64,000 bases of DNA from Octopus sinensis (taxonomy: Eukaryota). Position 1 is the first letter of the stretch. Every line of letters begins with the position of its first letter. Under the pieces are notes generated by a model, which saw only the letters and a list, made by a program, of their open reading frames with translations, did no database searches and was not told the origin of the DNA. Below, one piece after another: positions 1 through 13,589 of the stretch. Both the position numbers and the translations under genes were made by a program. The DNA lies in contig NC_043006.1 of assembly GCF_006345805.1 (NCBI RefSeq), positions 67,394,001 to 67,458,000 on the forward strand, read 5' to 3'.

Positions 1-500
1 TGTATAAATATATACCTGTGTGTGTACATATATGTATGCATATATATATATATATATATATATAAATATTTATATATATATATAACGCATACATACACAT
101 ATGTGTGTATATATGTGTCTGTGTCTCTATATCCGTGTGTTTGTGTGTGTATGCATAAATATGCACATGGTGTCATGTGTTTAAATAAATTGAATAAAAT
201 GTACATGCAACTATATGCAAATATATTTATAAATATATATATATATATATATAAACATACTTCTGTGGTTGTATATATATATGTGAGTGTGTGTGTGTAT
301 GTATGTGTGTGTGTGTGTGTGTGAAGGTGTGTCTGCATATATATACACATATATACATATATTCATATCTATACATTTTTCAAAACATACACAAACACAC
401 ACGCATATATATAATATATATATCTATATTATATAGTATATATATATATATATATATATATCTTATTTACATTATATATATTCACATTATTGCCTGCATA
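1..500. repeat. Compound (TA)n/(TG)n/(CA)n microsatellite field
   Basis: Dinucleotide runs seen directly; the overlapping ORFs translate as YI/CV/HT repeats. Confidence 0.95.
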
Positions 501-694
501 TACACAAGTGTGTCTAAGTGCGTGTTGTATGAAGAACCTTAGGAAACATACGATACAATATGCAATTTTCTGTAAAGCAAAATTTTTTTTTAAATATAAT
601 AACTTTTCAAAAATTGAATATATATTACATAACATCGTTTCTGTTCTGAATGTCATCCTAACGTGGAAATAATTGACGAATAGCATCTACATAC

Positions 695-815
695 GAACAT
701 CAACAGCTCTTTCATCGTGAGGACCGCTATGCTGCAGTTCTGTTCATTAGAAATAGAAGCTAAATTTGAATCAAATAATTGCATTTTCTGGGGAAAGCTC
801 GGACGCGTCTTACGC
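695..815 (-). CDS. Candidate internal exon of an unidentified host gene (121 nt)
   Basis: Minus strand has acceptor tttacctttgccccag|G and donor ATGTTC|gtatgt. Only one frame is open: RKTRPSFPQKMQLFDSNLASISNEQNCSIAVLTMKELLMF. The peptide is not recognised and could be chance. Confidence 0.2.
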
Positions 816-970
816 CTGGGGCAAAGGTAAATTTATTCTTTTACTTCTTTCAACCTCTAGACGGCGGCCATGCTGGGGTAACACCTTGAAGATTTTCTTT
901 TGCTTATTCTTCAAGCCTGGTAATTATTTTCTCTGACTCTATAAAATAGAGGGGATCTCAACGACCATGG

Positions 971-1271
971 CAACCTGGGCAAGTATCTTCTACTATAGCC
1001 TCAGGCCGACCAAAGCCTTGTGAGTGGATTTAGTAGACGGAAATTGTAAGACGTACGTATATATATATATATGTATGGTCTGTGTTTGTCACCCCATCAC
1101 CGCTTGACAACCGATGTTGGTGTGTTTACGTTCCCGTAACTTAGCGGTTCGGTAAAAGAGATCGATAGAATAAGTACTAGGCTTACACAGTATAAGTCCT
1201 GGGAGCGATTTGTTCGACTAAAGGCGGTACTCCAGCATGGCCGCAGTCAAATAACTGAAGTAAATAAAAGA
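971..1271 (+). mobile_element. SINE family A (tRNA-derived, CORE-like cctgggcaagt segment, internal microsatellite), 5'-truncated
   Basis: Matches fuller copies at 16006-16440, 19335-19768 and 57245-57670; tail ccagcatggccgcagtcaaataactgaag. Resembles the octopus OR-type SINEs, but the family name is not verified. Confidence 0.85.
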
Positions 1272-1715
1272 ATATACTTACATACAAACATACGTACAGA
1301 CTGACAGACAGGCACACAGATTGATGGACATAAAAAAGACAACCACCCGTCACTAGGGAGCCAATATGACTTCATGATATGTACTGTCGTTTTATTAATT
1401 TAAGGTATCTATGTAGTCCCCCGGTGCAACATAAAGTACCCTGCTCAAGGACATAATGCAATGATTCTCCAGAAAGTTGATTTAAGACATTATATTTATG
1501 AAACTAACATCCTAACCATTCTCATATATACGGACATACGGCGTATGCTATACAAGCTTGTTCGACCGTTGTGTTTTCAGACCTACGAAACTAATTGTAG
1601 CTTAAATTTAAATCCTATGTCTGTTGAATGATATAATTCCTCCACCTCTCACTGGATACAGTACATTGTTTTGTTGATCGGCGGCCATCAGGAATACCGC
1701 ACTATATACACACAC

Positions 1716-1782
<67 letters not shown>

Positions 1783-1939
1783 TATATATATATACATACG
1801 AGTAAGCACATAGATGCAAAAAACCGTATATTACATATATATATATATAATTAAGATTCAGTTGAATTAGATAGATAAATTGAGGCACCAAGCCAGTACG
1901 GTATAATCCGCGCAGCTCGAAGTTAGTTGAATAAAAACA

Positions 1940-2282
1940 AATAGGTAACAAGGATGCCCAGGTATCTATGTATTACGGTCGTTTCATGCAACATCATTTA
2001 ATCGATCAAGGAAAACATTACATCAATTTGAAAGAAACCGCCCTCTTCCGATTCAGAGAAGCGTATAGATTTCCAATATAAAGGATAAACCCTTTTTTAG
2101 CATAATTTACATCAGGACAAGGAACCAAAATAATTACATTGTTTCCTTTTGCTATATTTATGGTCGTGTGCGTCTGAGGAGAGCGGTTTCTTTCAAATTT
2201 TTGTAATGTTTTCATTGATCGATTAAACGGACCTGCTTGAAACGGCCGTAAGGCATATACCTGAATATCCTTGTTACTTATT
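1940..2282. mobile_element. MITE-like element with about 110-bp imperfect terminal inverted repeats
   Basis: 1940-2049 (aataggtaacaaggat...tttgaaagaaaccgccctc) is the reverse complement of 2176-2282 (gagagcggtttctttcaaa...atccttgttacttatt). Confidence 0.7.
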
Positions 2283-2299
2283 CGCTTATATATATGTGT

Positions 2300-2535
2300 G
2301 TGTGTTGGGGGTGTATGTGTCTGTGTATCTGTGTCTGTGTTTGTCCCCACCACCATCGCTTGAGAACTGATGCTGGTGTGTTTACGTCCACATAACTTAG
2401 TGGTTCGGTAGAAAAGACTAATGGAATATGTACCAGGGTAGCAAAGAATAAGTACGGAGGTCGATTTCTTCGACTAAAAGGGGTTGTTCCTGCATGGTCA
2501 CAGTCAAATTACTGAAACAAGTAAAAGAATGAAAG
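2300..2535 (+). mobile_element. SINE family A, 3' half
   Basis: Begins at the internal (TG) tract and ends with tail cagtcaaattactgaaacaagtaaaagaa. Confidence 0.85.
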
Positions 2536-2894
2536 AACATATATGTATAGTAACAGAAAGAGAGGAATTTCGATTATCCCCCTGTCGTGAGATGTAATAT
2601 ATATAAGAAACTAAAGAAGGAAAATGCACACACTTTACATAGTCTTAATATCATGTTTAATATATTTTGTATTGTGTTTGTCGACCGGTTTCACTTTCGC
2701 TAATCATGAAATATAAATTTATTTAAATACCTATTTTGTTGGAAATATTTTTTTGTCCATGTTGTGTGTGGAGTTTATGACTGAATGATTCAACAAGTAG
2801 AAAAATCTAAGGTGGGGTAATTGGCTATCGTTATTATTGTGGACAGGGAAGATAAATGTTCATCTTTTGGTGGGAGGGAATTTTTTTTCTCTAG

Positions 2895-5180
2895 TTTCAG
2901 CTCAGAGCTGTGGCCATGCTGATGCACCACCGTTTTGCTATACTGTTATTACTAAGAGCCTCCTCTAATATGTGGCACTTGATGAAGCTTGTAGTTTGAT
3001 ACAGCTACCCTCATTTGCACCTCTTACCGTGAGGTAGGTTCATCTGGGACTCTCGACAGGAAAAGGTCCAGCTTTGATTTTAAAAAACCCTACATCTACT
3101 TTGTGCAAGTTCCTCAGACTCTTTGAGAGAATATTAAAAAGCTGTGGGCCCTTGAAACCCAGGCTGTTACAGTAACTGGTCCTGAAGCGTGATGACATGG
3201 CTGGGAGTTTGGCACTATGCAGTGTTGTTCCGTTCTGGCAGTGGTGTAGCTTTCAATGCCAAAATTTGGCACAATTACAACCAGGATCATCCAGATATAT
3301 ATTACTGCATACCTCTCCCGTCTTCTCTCCAGGGAGTAGAGTCTTAACTGTTTCAACCTTTCCCATTAGCTGGGCTGTTGCAAAGAGACGATCTTCTTTG
3401 TGAATTTTCTCTGGATTGCTTCAAGGTCAGCTGTTAATTTCACACAGGTGGATGACCATAGCTGTGAGCAGTAATCCAGGCGGCTGAGGACGAATGTCCG
3501 CCAGAGGACCATCGTGGTTTCCTTATCACTGGTTCTGAATGTTCTTAGGATCCATCCAGCCAGTCATCTGCATTTTGTCGCCATCCTGGTAATGTGCACT
3601 TGGAAAGAGGAATCATCACTCATGTCGATACCCAGGTCCTCACTAACTTAGGCTCTGGGATTGAAATTCCCTGTGGACCGGTGTACCCTGTAAGTTTCAT
3701 ATTCAGTTTTGGATGCTGGTAGCGCAGGGCTCGGAATTTTTCAGCATTAAACTGCATGTTATTATCTTCAGCCCATCTTAAATTGAGTCCAACTCCTGCT
3801 GCAGGTGTGCAACATCACTGGAGTTCTGTATTTTCTGCGAGGCTTTCGTATCATCTGCATAGCTTGTAAGGGTGGCTATCCGAGCATTTGCGGGCATATC
3901 TGAGAGGGCCACTATATAAAGCAGTGGCCCCAAAACAGTGCCCTGTAGAATACCACTCACTACTTGTGTGTTCATAGAAGTGGCTCCATTAGCCACTACT
4001 GCCTGACTTCTATCTTTCAGGAAGTCATGTAACTACTCTCCAAGTATTCCAGCCATGCCGACATCACGCAGTTTGTGGCATATCATACCATGATCCACCT
4101 TGTCAAAAGCTTTTGCAAAATCAAGGTATATTACGTCCACATTTGATTTGTTGAGTAACTGCCTCAACACCCAGTCATAATGTTGTAAGAGCTGGGTCAG
4201 GCAGCTCCTACCTGGCCGAAAACCATGCTGGGTATCACTCAGCAAGTTATTTTCTTCAAGGAATGCGATTATTTCCCCTCTGACTATCCATTCCATGACT
4301 TTGCTGATGTGTGAAGTCAGAGCGATAGGCCTATAGTTTTTGGCATCTGCTCTACTTCCCCCTTTATGGATTGGGTATATTATTCCCTCCTTCAGCTTGC
4401 TTGGCAGTTAGCCATTTGTAAGAAAGCTCTGGAAGAGAATCTGGAGGGGTTGTGCCAGGGCATGCTTACACGATTTAAGGAGGATTGCTGGGAAACCATC
4501 AGGACCAGCAGTTGAGTTTGTGTCCACTTCATCTATGGCTAGTAGAATGTCAATATATTCTATTGTAACTGCCTCGCTAGTTATAGGTGAGGTGGCAAAG
4601 AAGCCCACTGGTTCGTTCACTTGTCTGTGTTCCAACGGTGTGGTAAAGACACTTTTGAACTAGTCATTCGGTATCTCACTGATCTTACTTGGACTGTCTG
4701 TGAGGGAACCTTCCTTTTGAAGGAGGGGTCCTATCTTGTAGTGTACTGAGGCTGTTTCTTTCGCGTAATGAAAGAAGGCCTTTGGGTTTGACTTAATGTT
4801 TTTTATAACCCGGGCTTCTTTGGTTGCTTTCTCCCTCACATAGGATTGTTGCAGACATTTTGCGATCTCTTTCTATGTTGTTTTTAGGCGGGACGTTTCG
4901 CTACTTTTGGGATGTTGGTTGAGTCGATTTTGCAAACTTAGTCCGTCGTCTCATGGGGATCTTACTCTCCCTTGGAATCTTACTCCTATTTGTTTTGGCC
5001 TTGTGCTCTGGGACATATTTCTGGCATATGGCTTGCACAGAAAACATGAAACATTCTAGTTTTCATGTCAATGTCTGGTGTGGAGAGACGTTTCGGCCAG
5101 TCCTCTCTGTGGATCTCTTTTTGGATCGATTTTCAATCTGTTTTCAGGAAGTTCAGATTGGAGAGATTTCGGGTGCTTCC
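2895..5180 (-). mobile_element. CR1-like LINE, 5'-truncated, RT broken by stops and frameshifts
   Basis: Minus ORFs contain QHGFRPGRSCLTQLL, YLDFAKAFDKVDH, GILQGTVLGPLLY, YADDTK and LERRRERYAVIYIW. The 3' end is cggtggtgcatcagcatggccacagctctgagctgaaac. Confidence 0.9.
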
Positions 5181-5477
5181 TATAGGCTGTATGTCTCTAG
5201 TTACTTTCGGCCCAAACATAGACAGCTCTATTATATATATACAAAACTTTCAAAAGCTAGAGTAGCGGTGAGAAATATGTACAGTGATGGGTATGTAATG
5301 TTGAATTAGAATATGTATAAGGATCAAGTTGGTTATGCGTGCATATTTAGATGTGTTCTGTATTTGTCGTTCCAAGATATCAGACAGACGGACTGTCAAG
5401 GAAGATTTCAAACCGTCTCCTTACGTGTTCATATATCAATCACCTACTTCACGCCGATTAATTATGTAATAACTTAG

Positions 5478-5480
<3 letters not shown>
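5180..5480 (-). repeat. Non-coding repeat abutting (TA)n; left arm of an inverted pair with 6358-6480
   Basis: The reverse complement of 5365-5480 (gaactaagttattacataattaatc...ttccttgacagtccgtctg...gacaaata) aligns by eye to 6358-6480 at roughly three-quarters identity. Confidence 0.7.
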
Positions 5481-5522
<42 letters not shown>

Positions 5523-5758
5523 TGTATATGTATGTATATATATTAATATATACAATTTAAAATAAAACATATCATACATACATACATACATATATGTACA
5601 TACCTACATCTAAATGTATATATACACGCATATATGATTACAGGACACCACAAATAAACGTAGAACACACGAGAAACGAAAATATAAAACCAAACAAGAA
5701 AACGGACCTTTTTAACAACGAAAAAACAGAGTACAAGACAACAACACAAGGAACATAC

Positions 5759-5814
<56 letters not shown>

Positions 5815-5889
5815 ATGCAGAAAGAGATAGATAGATAGATAGATAGATAGATGATAAGATAGATAGATAATGATAGATAGATAGATAGA

Positions 5890-5936
<47 letters not shown>

Positions 5937-5937
5937 T

Positions 5938-5995
<58 letters not shown>

Positions 5996-6152
5996 CAGAT
6001 AGATAGATAGATAGATAGATAAGATAGAAAGATAGATAGATAGATAGATGATAGATATAGATAGATAGATAGATAGATAGATAACACAACAGACAACAGA
6101 CAAACATATAGACAGAACAGCAGACGACAGATGGATGGATAACTGACATATA

Positions 6153-6207
<55 letters not shown>

Positions 6208-6279
6208 TTATATATATATATTTTATTATTATATATTATATATATATATATGTATATATATATGTGTATTATATATATA

Positions 6280-6331
<52 letters not shown>

Positions 6332-6667
6332 TATATATATATATGTATATATATGTAGTGAACTAGATTATTACATAATTAATCAGGACGACGTAGGTGA
6401 TTGATATATGAAGACGTAAGTAGACGTTTTGGAATATTCCTTGACAGTTCGTCTAACTAAAACCTGGGAAAGACAAATATATAGTCAAACGCAGGAGTGC
6501 ATAGTTCAATATATTATTTAATGAATAGTTTTCATCGATTAATTGATATATTATAAAGATATCGATATAAATTGTTGGTTACTAGATGGTTGTTAAAGAT
6601 TCGTGAGCACTTAAGAGTGATAACAAATGTAAAGTTAGTTGAATATATGAACATGTATGTATGTATG

Positions 6668-6715
<48 letters not shown>

Positions 6716-6830
6716 ATGTATATATATGAACATATATCATGAGCCTATAGATAATACAGATGTATATATTATGTATATATTATGTATATATATATCTATA
6801 CACACACACACACACACATCACAATATCAC

Positions 6831-6861
<31 letters not shown>

Positions 6862-7022
6862 CACATGAATAGACAGACTGAGCGGCACAATATTTACAGC
6901 ATATAGACAGACATGATGACAGGTGAATTGACAGCCAGACGTTTAAGAAGAATTTTTTTTCACAATCTAGTAAACCGATATATATATACATATATATATA
7001 TACATGTATGTGTGTATATATA

Positions 7023-7089
<67 letters not shown>

Positions 7090-7488
7090 ATATATATAAT
7101 ATATATATGTATATATATATATATATACGTATATGTGTGTATGTGCGTGCGTGCCGAGTGTGCGTACTTAGATGTATGTAGGACATATATATGTGTCTGT
7201 ATGTGTACGTATTTCATATTTGTTTACGCGCATGTGTTTCTTCTTCTCGCCTTCTACTCCCCACCTCCACTCTCTCTTCTCTCGCTCTCTCAATGGTCGC
7301 TCTAAGCAAATGGTCAATGAAATTGGTGCGCAGAGAATGAAAAATACGTCTACACACAGAAAAGAATATGATGAACATATATACACGCGTCTGCTACACA
7401 CGTACATACATACATACATATATATATATATATATTATATATATATATAGATATATATATATTATATATATATATATATATAGTATAT

Positions 7489-7558
<70 letters not shown>

Positions 7559-7790
7559 GTATGTATGTATATATATATATATACATATATATACACACAT
7601 GTACATATATATGTATGTATTATATATATAATATCTATATATATATATATGTATATATATATGCATACATACATATATGCACACGCATATACACATATGT
7701 AGACATATATGCATATGCATATATACATATATATATATATACATACATAAATACATACATATATTTGAATGCGTGTGTGATGTATAGATG
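5480..7790. repeat. Large (TA)n/(TAGA)n/(CA)n microsatellite field with short embedded repeats
   Basis: Seen directly, including (TAGA)n at about 5825-6080. Confidence 0.95.
6358..6640 (+). repeat. Non-coding repeat abutting (TA)n; right arm of the inverted pair
   Basis: gaactagattattacataattaatcagg...ttccttgacagttcgtc...gacaaata; homologous to the 5365-5480 minus strand. Confidence 0.7.
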
Positions 7791-8151
7791 CAGATAAAGA
7801 GACAAATCTACACAAATGCCTGTAAACCGGTGAAGATTAATAAACCAAGATTACAACAATAGTACAATCTTTATGTTTCCTCAACCGTGCATACCTCAAC
7901 TAAAATGATGAACTGGTATCATAGCTACACTAAATAAATGAGATAGGCGCCATCTTTCATTTATATATTTCTCATTCGTTTCCCTTCCTTCTTATTGTGA
8001 TGTGTTACTCTAATACGCTTAATCTATCTTCTCCGGTTAAAGAGTTTTGTAACGGTCATTGTTACTCCTTTTTCTTTCTTCTTCTTATCTTCTTATTTCA
8101 TTTTCGCAATATTCGTTTCGCAGTTTGTTATTAAGAGTGACTCCTACACCT

Positions 8152-8200
<49 letters not shown>

Positions 8201-8324
8201 TCGCGCGTGTTGTATTAATCACATGCCCAACCGTACAAATGTCGAGTTTTAGTTGATTTCATGAACCCCTGTTGTCAAGCCACAGCAAGAACTTTTTTTT
8301 TCATGGAACCCAGAATGATGCATG

Positions 8325-8755
8325 CTCTTTTTACTCTTTTACTTGTTTCAGTCATTTGACTGTGGCCATCCTGGAGCACCTCCGTTAATCTAGCAAATCG
8401 ACCGCAGGACTTATTCTTTGTAAGCCTAGTACTCATTCTATTGGGTACTTTTGCCGAACCGCTAAGTTACGGGAACGTAAACACACCACCATCGATTGTC
8501 AAGCAATGTTGGGGGACAAACACAGACACACAAACATATACACACACACATACATACATATATATATATATATATATGTACATACATATATACGACGGGC
8601 TTCTTTCAGTTTCCGTCTACCAAATCCACTCACGAGGTTATGGTCGGCCTGAGGCTATAATAGAAGACACTAGCCCAAGGTGCCACGCAGTGGGACAGAA
8701 CCCGAAACCGTGTAGTTCTTAAGCAAGCTACTTACCACACAGCCACTCCTACGCC
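8325..8755 (-). mobile_element. SINE family A, full length
   Basis: Minus head ggcgtaggagtggctgtgtggtaag...ggttctgtcccactgcgtggcaccttgggc, internal (TA)/(TG) tract, and tail hairpin cagtcaaatgactg. Confidence 0.9.
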
Positions 8756-8867
8756 TATGCATGTTGAAGACTTATTTGAACTCATTTTGTAAATTGCTAG
8801 AAAAGAAATAAAGATATCTGCCAATCCTCCGCCTTTATGCATTGTTATCAATAACAATAATAATAAT

Positions 8868-9081
8868 AATCTTTTCTACAATAACCAAAAGGCTTGAAAT
8901 TTTAGAAGGGGCCAGTTAATTACATTGATCCCAGTGATAAATTGGCGCTACTTTCGTCACTTGTTTCAAAGGATGAAAAGTAAAGCCCACCTGGGCGAAA
9001 TTTGAACTTAGAAAGTGGGGACGAACGAAATGCCGCTAAGCATTTTTCCCGGCGTGCTAACGGTTCTGCCATCTCGTCGCC
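8868..9081 (-). mobile_element. SINE family B (tRNA-derived head; Meta/MESC-like central domain ctttcatcctt...gataaa...taccag)
   Basis: Head ggcgacgagatggcagaaccgttagcacgccggg; (ATT)n on both flanks. The domain assignment is from memory of the consensus. Confidence 0.8.
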
Positions 9082-9149
<68 letters not shown>

Positions 9150-9151
<2 letters not shown>

Positions 9152-12100
9152 TAAATATCAGAAATAGAAATAGAACATTTAAAAGAAAAAATACACCAGG
9201 AAAATGTAGATAGAAGCCACACAACAATGCCCAATAATATAAACACTGAAACTGTAAAACACGAAGACAAACGCAACATTCCCAACAAACACGATGTAAA
9301 CAACGAAGGTGAGCCTAATGATTATGATAATATGAAAAATTAAATAATCAAAGAACTGAAAACCACAGAGCCCAAAATGGACCACCGACCATACCTCCCA
9401 AGAATAAAAATAAACGAAATAACAACACCAATATAAACAGCATAAACCTAGCCGTCACTGAACTAGCCACTGAAACAAAAAAAAAGTGATATCACTGAAC
9501 TAAATGACTTGATATACGCAGCAGCCACTGCAGCCACAAAAGAGCTGGATACTCACCCAAACCCGCCCAAACAGAAGTACCACCACCCAAACAAACCTGT
9601 GGATAAATAACATCCAAAGCAAAATTAAAAAAATAGAAAAGACCTGTCGATTCTTAATGAAATCAGCAAACAATCAACGCTACTGAGCAACAAAAAGAGA
9701 ACAAAAATGCTCCGCAAATATAACATCACAGAAAAAGATTTGCCGGAGATAAAAGAAAAGCTGATAAAAGAAAAGATATCCTTGCCAAAGCTCAAAGGAT
9801 CCGCCGGTACGAGAAACGCCAACGCTTCTTTGAACAGAACAAAAAGTTCAACTCCAACCCCAAAAAGTTCTACCAAGAACTGGGAAAAAATAAAATAGAA
9901 GTCACTGCAGCACCAACGGCAGAAGAATTGGAAGAATTCTGGAGAGAAATATGGTCGGCGAACGAACAGCCAAAAAAAAGGAGTATCAAAATAACAAACT
10001 CGGCATCTGAACAACTTGGACCCCCATAACAACTGAAGAGGTCACCCAGGCACTGCAAAAACTAAGCAACTGGAAGGCACCTGGCATGACAAGATCCCCA
10101 ACTTCTGGTTGAAATATCTAACAGGAATGCACAAAAAGCTGGCTGAAAATTTTAACAGCATACTAGCAGAGCCAGAAACAATGCCTGAATGGCTCACGAA
10201 GGGGAAAACCATCTTAATTCCCAAATCAAATGAAACAGCAAAACCAGAAAACTACAATAACCTGCCTCCCTACTATGTTCAAGGCATTTACTGCAATGAT
10301 ATTTACTGCATTTACTGCAATGATATCGCAAAGGCTGAGCAAGCACCTGGACGAAAACAAACTGTTCCCAAAAGGGCAGAAAGGATGCCGCAAAGGCTCA
10401 TATGGCTGTAAAGATCAACTAATGATTAATAAAGCCGTAACTGAAGACAGCCACAGAAAGAAGAAAGGCCTCAGTATGGCCTGGATTGACTACAAAAAGG
10501 CGTTTGATAGCATCCCCCACACATGGGTCCTCGAAACACTAGCCATTAACAAAGTAGCACCAACAATCATAAAATTCATAGAGCACTCTATGAATAAATG
10601 GCAAACAGTCCTACACCTCCAAACAAAAGAGGGACTCATGAAAACAAAAGACATCCCCATTAGAAGAGGAATATTCCAGGGAGACACGCTCTCTCCACTC
10701 CTTTTCTGCTTGGCACTGTCACCTCTATCTGATATGCTAAATAGAACTGGATGCGGATATAAATGCTACGGCAAAACGATCAGCCACCTTTTATATATGG
10801 ATGACCTAAAACTATGCGCTGCAAATGACAAACAGCTGGAAACACTATTAAAGACAGTTCATGGATTTACCAAAGAAATAGATATGAAATTTGGATTAGA
10901 AAAATGCGCCAAAGTAACCATGAAAAGAGGAAACTAGTTAAGAGTAACAACATCACACTAGATAAAACCAATGAAATAAAAGAATTAGACCAAAGCCAAA
11001 CTTACAAATACTTAGGAATCCATGAACTAGATAAGACACAACACACACAAATGAAAGAGAAAATAAAAAAAGAATATTATAGACGAGTTAGATCAATACT
11101 AAAAACAGAGCTCAATGCTAAAAACAAGGTAATAGGTATCAACACTTTAGCTGTCCCAGTTATAAGTTACAGCTACAATATCCTTAACTGGACACGAAAT
11201 GAACTGTCCAAAATAGATAGGAAAACAAGAAAAATACTGACATGATCTAGGATGCATCACCCAAAATCTGACATAGAAAGACTATATATACAACGTATAG
11301 AAGGTGGTAGAGGCCTTATACAGCTGGAAAACTACTATAAAATAACCACCATAGGACTGCAAAAATATCTACTTCAGAAGGAAGGAAAACTGATCCAGAT
11401 AGCAGCAAAACACGAGCAAAACAAAAAACTGTACTCAGTATTTAAGGAAGCTGACAAATACAAACAAGAAATCATACCACCTAATAAACACGAAGAAGAA
11501 GAAGATGATGAAGAAACAACAAAAGCTATAAAACAAATGAAATCCAAACTAAAAATAGAACAGCAACGAACCATGATAAAACGATGGCAAGAAAAGCCCC
11601 TTCATGGTAAATACTGCACTAAACTAAACGCAAAAGAAATAGACAAAGAAAAATCCCAGCAATGGTTGAGAAGCTCAGGACTCAAAGCAGAGACAGAGGG
11701 ATTTTTAATTGCAGCACAAGACCAAAGCCACCCCACCAGAAATTACCAAAAACATGTAATGAAAAGAAATATTACAAGTAACTGCAGAATATGTGGAGAT
11801 GGACAAGAAACAATAAATCATACTATCTCTAGCTGCCCAGTCCTGGCTAAGAAGGAATATATTCACAGACATGACAGAGTTGGAACCTACATACATTGGA
11901 AGCTATGCCAACATTATGGAATAACAACAGAAAAAAGATGGTATAGGCACACACCAGAAAAGGTCACAGAAAACGAGAAAGCAACCATACTCTGGGATAT
12001 GCCGATACACACAGATAGAGAAATTAAGGCCAACAGACCAGATATAGTTGTCAGAGATCATGAAGAAAAAAATGCTTTCTAATTGATGTATCAATACCGG

Positions 12101-12447
12101 CAGATGACAACGTGTCTCTAAAAGAAATGGAGAAACTCTCAAAATACAAAGACCTGGAAATAGAGGTAACTAGAATGTGGAATCTGAAAACAGAACAATT
12201 CCTATCACAGTAGGTGCATTAGGCATGATAAAAAAATATTCAGACAAATACATAACAAAAACACCAGGACTTACAAACACATATAACATACAGAAAATTG
12301 CACTACTAGGCACTGCACACATCCTACGCAGAACACTTTCCATACAATAACCATCAGAGCATCACAACAAATCACAGCACATACCCAAGGCACACAGAGC
12401 TGCGCTCGGTAGTGAAGTGAAAGCACGCTATAAAAATAAAACTACTG
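9150..12447 (+). mobile_element. R4/Dong-clade non-LTR retrotransposon (RT + CCHC + restriction-like endonuclease), frameshifted, inserted in (AAT)n
   Basis: AWIDYKKAFDSIPH, RGIFQGDTLSPLLFCL, HLLYMDDLKL, HPKSDIERLY..R.EGGRGL, CRICGDGQETINHTISSC and ILWD...ANRPDIVV are all present. (AAT)n lies at 9083-9150 and 12448-12533. Dong-type elements are known to target TAA repeats. Confidence 0.92.
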
Positions 12448-12534
12448 AATAATAATAATAATAATAATAGTATAATAATAATAATAATAATAATAAAATA
12501 ATAATAATAATAATAATAATAATGATAATAATAA

Positions 12535-13580
12535 GGTCAAAATCTTCCCACCAGAAATTACCAAAAAACATGTAATGACAAGAAATACAAGTAACTGCAG
12601 AGTATACTCTTACTCTTTACTCTTTTACTTGTTTCAGTCACTTGACTGCGGCCATGCTGGAGCACCGCCTTTAATCGAGCAACTCGACCCCGGGACTTAT
12701 TCTTTTGTAAGCCCAGTACTTATTCTATCGGTCTCTTTTGTCGAACCGCTAAGTAACGGGCACATAAACACACCACCATCGGTTGTCAAGCAATGCTGGG
12801 GGACAAACACAGACACACAAACACACACACGCATATATGTACATATATGCGACGGGCTTCTTTCAGTTTCCATCTACCAAATCCACTCAGAAGGCTTTGG
12901 TCGGCCCGAGGCTATAATAGAAGATACTTGCTCAAGGTGCCACGCAGTGGGACTGAACCCGGAACCATGTGGTTGGTAAACAAACTACTTACCACACAGC
13001 CACTCCTGCGCCTATATGTGGCGATGGAGAAGAAACAATAAATCATATTGTCTGGCTGTCCAGTCCTGGCTAAGAAGGAATATACTCACAGACACGACAG
13101 ACTTGAGACCTATATACATTGGAAGCTATGCCAACGCTATGGAATAACAACAGAAAAAAGATTATATAGGCACACGACAGAAAAGGTCACAAAATGACAC
13201 AACAACCATACTCTGGGATATGCCAATACACTCAGACAGAGAAATTAAGGCCAATATACTGGATATAGTTGTCAGAGATCACTAAAAAAAAGTCCTTGCT
13301 AATCGATGTATCAATACCAACAAATGACAATGTTTTTCTAAGAGAAACGAAGAAACTTTCAAAATACGAAGATCTGGAAATAGAGGTTACTCGAATGTGG
13401 AGTCAAAAAACAGGAACAATTCTTATCATAGTGGGCGCATTAGGTATGTTAAAAAGATATTCAGACAAATACACAACAAAAACACTAGGACTTATATAAC
13501 TTACAGAAAATAGCACTACTAGGTACCGTACACATCCTACGTACTACTAGATACCGTACACATCCACTTTCAATACAGTA
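12535..13580 (+). mobile_element. Second, 5'-truncated and more decayed R4/Dong copy, interrupted by a SINE
   Basis: 12535-12606 repeats the ccagaaattaccaaaaacatgtaatg...actgcaga segment of 11730-11790, then resumes at 13013 with the zinc-knuckle/RLE region (LLIDVSIPTNDNV...SKYEDLEIEVTRMW). Confidence 0.88.
12607..13012 (-). mobile_element. SINE family A, full length, nested in the second Dong copy
   Basis: Head ggcgcaggagtggctgtgtggtaag and tail hairpin cagtcaagtgactg; Dong sequence is continuous across it. Confidence 0.9.
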
Positions 13581-13589
13581 AAAATAAGA

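Noticed and set aside
2018-2356. 112-aa minus ORF with protein-like composition
   Set aside because: It runs through a SINE half and a MITE TIR.
9150-12447. Dong or mariner elements as active or domesticated genes
   Set aside because: Multiple frameshifts and stops, plus a local duplication at about 10285-10325 in Dong; the mariner ORF at 48376-49383 is also broken.
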